This document shows positions 60,049 through 64,000 of a stretch of 64,000 nt of DNA, piece by piece; position 1 is the first letter of the stretch; each line of letters opens with the position of its first letter. The translations under genes and the position numbers were made by a program. Under the pieces are notes generated by a model. It was not told where the DNA came from and did not search any database. It was given only the letters and a program-made list of their open reading frames with translations. The DNA is taken from the NCBI GenBank assembly GCA_963826525.1, contig CAWGXH010000004.1, positions 1,344,001 through 1,408,000 of the forward strand, written 5' to 3'. The stretch is from an uncultured Methanomicrobiaceae archaeon. GTDB taxonomy: Archaea > Halobacteriota > Methanomicrobia > Methanomicrobiales > Methanoculleaceae.

Positions 60049-60283
60049 GGTTAAGCAATCCTTAAATGCCAGCAATCCCGCTGGAATCCTCCGGAATTTC
60101 GACCCTCACAGAAGCCCACAGACGGCCGATCTCAAGGCGAGACAGGGTATCCATCCTCCAAAAATTACTGGGGCTCATATCGCTGATATACCTCGAGGAT
60201 TATGCTCTTTTTCGTCATCAACGCGATATACGCCAGCGAATACGTTTGCCGAGATCCGGCCTCTGAAAACCACGGTAAATCAT
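60049..60283 (-). repeat. Dispersed intergenic repeat, copy B (inverted relative to copy A)
   Basis: The reverse complement of 60084-60159 matches 10594-10669 at 67/76 positions. Confidence 0.8.
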
Positions 60284-60550
60284 CAATCCTGGCCGCAACC
60301 CTGCACGCTCCGCCTTCCGGCTCATATGCCGCGACCTCCGGAGGTACAGTGATTCTTCTGATGCGTGGCTTTCCACTAAAAACCCCCGAAAAAGGTAAAC
60401 CGACCCTCCCCACTACGAAATCTTCGCTGCTGCGTTCTGCAAGTTCCGTGAGGAGATCACAGTCCGGGTCGGGTTCGATGGTGATGAACTTCCCGTAGAC
60501 GTCGCCGCACGAACGATGCTTCTCAAGGAGAAAGAACAACAAAAGAAAGA

Positions 60551-60624
60551 TGGGCTCGCTGAGATTCGAACTCAGGACCTCCGCCATGTCAAGGCGACGT
60601 CATAACCAGCTAGACCACGAGCCC
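60551..60624 (-). tRNA. tRNA-Val(GAC)
   Basis: GGGCTCG TGGTCTAGCTGGTTATGAC G TCGCC TTGACAT GGCGG AGGTC CTGAG TTCGAAT CTCAG CGAGCCC A folds as a cloverleaf with GAC anticodon; no intron and no encoded CCA. Confidence 0.97.
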
Positions 60625-60748
60625 GGTGTGCCTTGTGCTCTATACCGTTGATCTCCCGGATATAAAATAATTCGCTTTTGCAGTGTCGCGGGGAGAGACG
60701 CCGCCCGCCGGTACGGCCGAAAAAAAGGGGGAATTGAATGATGACTCT

Positions 60749-62333
60749 CTAGATCTCCGCGTGCTTCGCGGTGTGAATGCCGCCGACCGCGCGGACCTCG
60801 TCCATGGCGCTCGGGGGGAACGGCGCTGTCGACGGTCAGCACCATCAGTGCCTCCTCGCCGGGCTTGTTCCTGCCGACCTGCATCCCCGCGATGTTCACA
60901 TTCACCCGTCCGAGGATGGTGGCGACCTTGCCGATCACGCCGGGTTTGTCGGTGTGGCGCGAGATGACGACGTGGCCGGTCGGCGTCAGATCGGTCATGT
61001 ACCCGCCGATGCTCACGATACGCGGTTTGTTCTGGCCGGAGAGGTTCCCGCTCACCGACTCGGTCATCCGGTCGGTCTTCACGGTGATCGTAATGATATT
61101 CTTAAACCCGTAGGCCTCTTCGGTCGTGGTCTCGCTCAGGCGGATCCCGCGCTCTTTCGTCACGAACTCGGCGTTGACAATATTGATCGGCACCTGCAGG
61201 ATCGGGTCGAGCAGCCCCTTCAAGGCAGTGCGGGTGATGTACTTCGTCTTCGGTATCCGGGCGATCTCGCCGCCGTAGATGATCTCGACCGTCTCGACCG
61301 GCCCTTCGACGAGCTGGATTAAGAGCCTGCCCATCTTCTCTGCAAGCCGTGCATAGGGCTCGACGATCTCCGCCTGCTCCGGCGGCACCATCGGTGCGTT
61401 GACCACGTACTTGGCAGCGCCGCCTTCGAGGACGCTGATGCACTGTCTTGCCACCGAGATGGCCACGTTCTTCTGCGCCTCGACGGTGCTCGCACCGAGG
61501 TGCGGCGTGACGATGACCCGGTCGATCTCGAGGAGCGGCGACGCCGTCGGCGGCTCCTCCTCAAAGACGTCGAGTGCCGCACCGGCGACCTTGCCGCTCC
61601 TTACCGCATTGGCAAGGGCGGCCTCGTCGATGATCCCACCGCGTGCGCAGTTGATGATCCGCACACCGTCCTTCATGGTGGCGATGCTCTTTTCGTTGAT
61701 GACATGGCGCGTCTCCTTAATCAGCGGCGTGTGCACCGTGATCACGTCGGCCACCCGGAAGAGCTCGTCGAGCGGCAGCAGCTCGACACCGAGCTGTGCG
61801 GCACGCTCCTTGCTGATGAAGGGGTCGTAGGCGACGCACTTCATCTCGAGTGCACGTGCACGCTTCGCCACTTCCTGGCCGATGCGACCGAACCCGACGA
61901 TCCCGAGCGTCTTGTCGTTCAGTTCGACGCCCATGAACTTCGACCGCTTCCACTCCTTCTTCTTTAAGGATGCGTTCGCCTGGGGAATGTTCCTCGCGAG
62001 GGAGAGCATCATCGCCATGGTGTGCTCCGTCGCCGCGAGTGTGTTCCCTTCGGGCGCGTTCGCCACGATGATTCCCCTGCGCGTTGCCGCATCCATATCG
62101 ATATTATCGACGCCGGCACCTGCACGGCCGATGAACCTGATCTTCGCCCCCGCGTCGATGACGCGTGCCGTAACTTCCGTACCGGAGCGCACGAGAAGTG
62201 CATCGTATTCTCCGATCGTCTCAACGAGCTGATCCTCGCTCAGATCGGTTCTGACATCCACATCGCAAAATTCCCGTAGAATGTCGAGCCCTTCATCTGC
62301 CAGCGGATCGCTGACCAGCACTCTGTAGCTCAC
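60749..62333 (-). CDS. serA: D-3-phosphoglycerate dehydrogenase (frameshift in the G6 run at 60813-60818)
   Basis: GRAGAGVDNID, GFGRIG, INCARGG, TPHLGAST.EAQ, ACT domain DKPGVIG; the corrected end reads AMDEVRAVGGIHTAKHAEI-TAG. Confidence 0.95.
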
Positions 62334-62428
62334 AGTAATAACCCATACTCAATCTGCATCATCGGTATTCATGCTTTTTCTTCCGAAATGTTTTAACCGA
62401 TGATGAGAAGTATATGTGTGGTGCGAGC

Positions 62429-64000
62429 ATGAAACAAATGCCCAATGTTCTGTGGCTCGAAGAGATAAAGAAGGAAGATATCGTCTCTGTAGGGGGAAAA
62501 GGAGCCTCCCTGGGCGAAATGACCTCCATAGGTCTCCCGGTGCCGACGGCATTTGTGGTGACTGCCCAAGCATTCCGCAGGTTTCTGATTGAGTCGGGAA
62601 TCGAAGAAACGCTCTTCAGAAGGCTCGACCGCCTCGATGTCGACGACACGGATGCTCTTGAGGCCGTGGCGCGCGATGCGCAGGATCTCGTCCTGAACGT
62701 CGGGATTCCGGAGCATATCCGGGATGACATCACCGGCGCGTACTCACGGATGGGTGAGGGCGGCATGGTCGTTGCCGTGCGGTCGAGCGCGACCGCTGAA
62801 GACCTGCCGGAAGCAAGTTTTGCGGGTCAGCAGGAGACATTTCTGAATATCAAGGGAGACGCCGATCTGCTCGAGGCTGTCCAGAAGTGCTGGGCATCTC
62901 TCTACGGAGAGCGGGCGATCTACTACCGTTCAAAGCAGGGATTCGACGACCGGTCGGTCAATATCGCGGTGGTCGTCCAGCAGCTCATCCCGTCCGAGAA
63001 GGCCGGCGTCCTCTTCACGTCGCATCCGGTCACCGGTGAACCCCTGACGATCATCGAAGGATCGTGGGGCCTTGGCGAGGCTGTGGTATCGGGCAGCGTC
63101 TCGCCCGACAAATACGTCTTTGACCTGCGCACGGAGCGTGTCGTCGACCGCCTGATCGCGGAGAAAGAGATCGCCATCCTCGCGGACGGCGGGAAGGGGA
63201 CGAAGATCGTCGACCTGACGCCGGAGCAGCGCGTTGCAGCGGTACTCTCCGACGACGAAGTGGCACGCCTCTCCATGCTCGGGAAGATCGCAGAAGACCA
63301 CTACGGTATCCCGCAGGATATCGAGTGGGCGATTGTGGATACTGAATTCTTCATCCTGCAGTCCCGCCCGATAACGACCATCAAGCGTTCCGAGATAGCG
63401 CTCCCCGGCAAAGAGGAAGGCGGCGAACTCGGGGCGGTTCTGCTCGAAGGGCAGGGTGCCTCTCCCGGCATCGGCAGCGGCAGAGTGGCCATCGTCCGCG
63501 ACATGAAGGATGCGAGAGCAGTCAAGGACGGCGACATCCTCGTCGCCAAGATGACCAACCCCGATATGGTTCCTGCGATGCGGCGGGTCCGGGCGATCAT
63601 CACCGATGAGGGCGGTATGACCTGTCACGCGGCGATCGTCAGCAGAAGAGCTTGGAACCCCGGCGGTCGTCGGGACGAAGAAGGCGACGAAGCTGCTCAA
63701 GGCCGGGCAGATGGTCACCGTCGACGGCGAGAAAGGCCTCATCTACGAAGGTGCTATCGAGACGGCGAAGAAAGAGGTCGCCGCAGCACCGGTTGCCGTT
63801 CAGGCTGCGCCGGTCATCACCGGCACCCTCGTCAAGGTGAACGTATCGCTCCCCGAGGCGGCGCAGCGTGCTGCCGCAACGGGTGCGGACGGTGTCGGCC
63901 TGCTCAGAATCGAACACCTGATCCTCGGCCTCCAGAAGACCCCCGGCTGGTATATCAACGAGGGGAAAGAGGAGGAGTTCATCCAGTCGCTCTACGACGG
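62429..64000 (+). CDS. ppsA: Phosphoenolpyruvate synthase, 3'-truncated by the window (frameshift near 63647)
   Basis: VGGKGASLGEM, VAVRSSATAEDLPEASFAGQQETF, WGLGEAVVSG, QDIEWA, LQSRP, GGMTCHAAIVSRELG, DGVGLLR.E. Confidence 0.95.
   Translation, partial: MKQMPNVLWLEEIKKEDIVSVGGKGASLGEMTSIGLPVPTAFVVTAQAFRRFLIESGIEETLFRRLDRLDVDDTDALEAVARDAQDLVLNVGIPEHIRDDITGAYSRMGEGGMVVAVRSSATAEDLPEASFAGQQETFLNIKGDADLLEAVQKCWASLYGERAIYYRSKQGFDDRSVNIAVVVQQLIPSEKAGVLFTSHPVTGEPLTIIEGSWGLGEAVVSGSVSPDKYVFDLRTERVVDRLIAEKEIAILADGGKGTKIVDLTPEQRVAAVLSDDEVARLSMLGKIAEDHYGIPQDIEWAIVDTEFFILQSRPITTIKRSEIALPGKEEGGELGAVLLEGQGASPGIGSGRVAIVRDMKDARAVKDGDILVAKMTNPDMVPAMRRVRAIITDEGGMTCHAAIVSRRAWNPGGRRDEEGDEAAQGRADGHRRRRERPHLRRCYRDGEERGRRSTGCRSGCAGHHRHPRQGERIAPRGGAACCRNGCGRCRPAQNRTPDPRPPEDPRLVYQRGERGGVHPVALRR

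Noticed and set aside
60049-60551. tRNA-targeted island attachment site
   Set aside because: No duplicate of the tRNA 3' end and no integrase found in the window.
60165-60587. 140-aa ORF and the serA extension to 60600
   Set aside because: Both overlap tRNA-Val (the ORF also overlaps the non-coding repeat); the serA extension comes from an extra G at 60813-60818.
2729-63650. Mass pseudogenisation or programmed frameshifting
   Set aside because: The indels hit housekeeping genes, share no slippery motif and come without in-frame stops; sequencing error is the simpler explanation.
1-64000. CRISPR array, rRNA, prophage or integrase
   Set aside because: No regularly spaced short repeats, rRNA-like tract, phage genes or recombinase were seen.

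Overview
GC-rich archaeal DNA from a methanogen, most likely Methanomicrobiales (Methanoculleus-like). This rests on a methanogenesis marker 8 gene, archaeal DNA ligase/Nre, a PGF-pre-PGF surface protein and TATA-box promoters. Bases 420-29187 form a tungsten/molybdenum acquisition island: three TupA, two WtpA and one ModA binding proteins, four ABC permease/ATPase pairs, a MOT1-type transporter, a Mo-storage-protein (MosB) homologue, a GntR-like regulator, and stand-alone TiaS-like and TrmO-like genes. At its centre is a six-gene minus-strand operon (10716-20805) of exported or surface proteins carrying about 8 copies of a sulfite-oxidase-like (molybdopterin-binding) fold and ending in an orphan WtpA. 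This operon is the best candidate for an undescribed extracellular W/Mo or metal-pterin scavenging system. A 20-bp imperfect palindrome (GTTNA-N3-NATN-N3-TNAAC) precedes most operons of the island. A second palindrome (ATTCACAATTGTGAAT) marks a sulfur/Fe-S cluster containing nadA, thiS-ttuA-marker 8, an HTH regulator and iscS-iscU-moeB. The rest holds arsM with an AbrB-like gene, KamA, Hsp20, a serpin, lig, nre, a YgiQ radical SAM, tRNA-Val(GAC), serA and ppsA. A non-coding repeat occurs twice (about 10.6 kb and 60.1 kb). About 30 frameshifts, mostly apparent single-base insertions, also hit housekeeping genes and are most likely sequencing errors. All family calls come from recognising motifs by eye; no searches were run.
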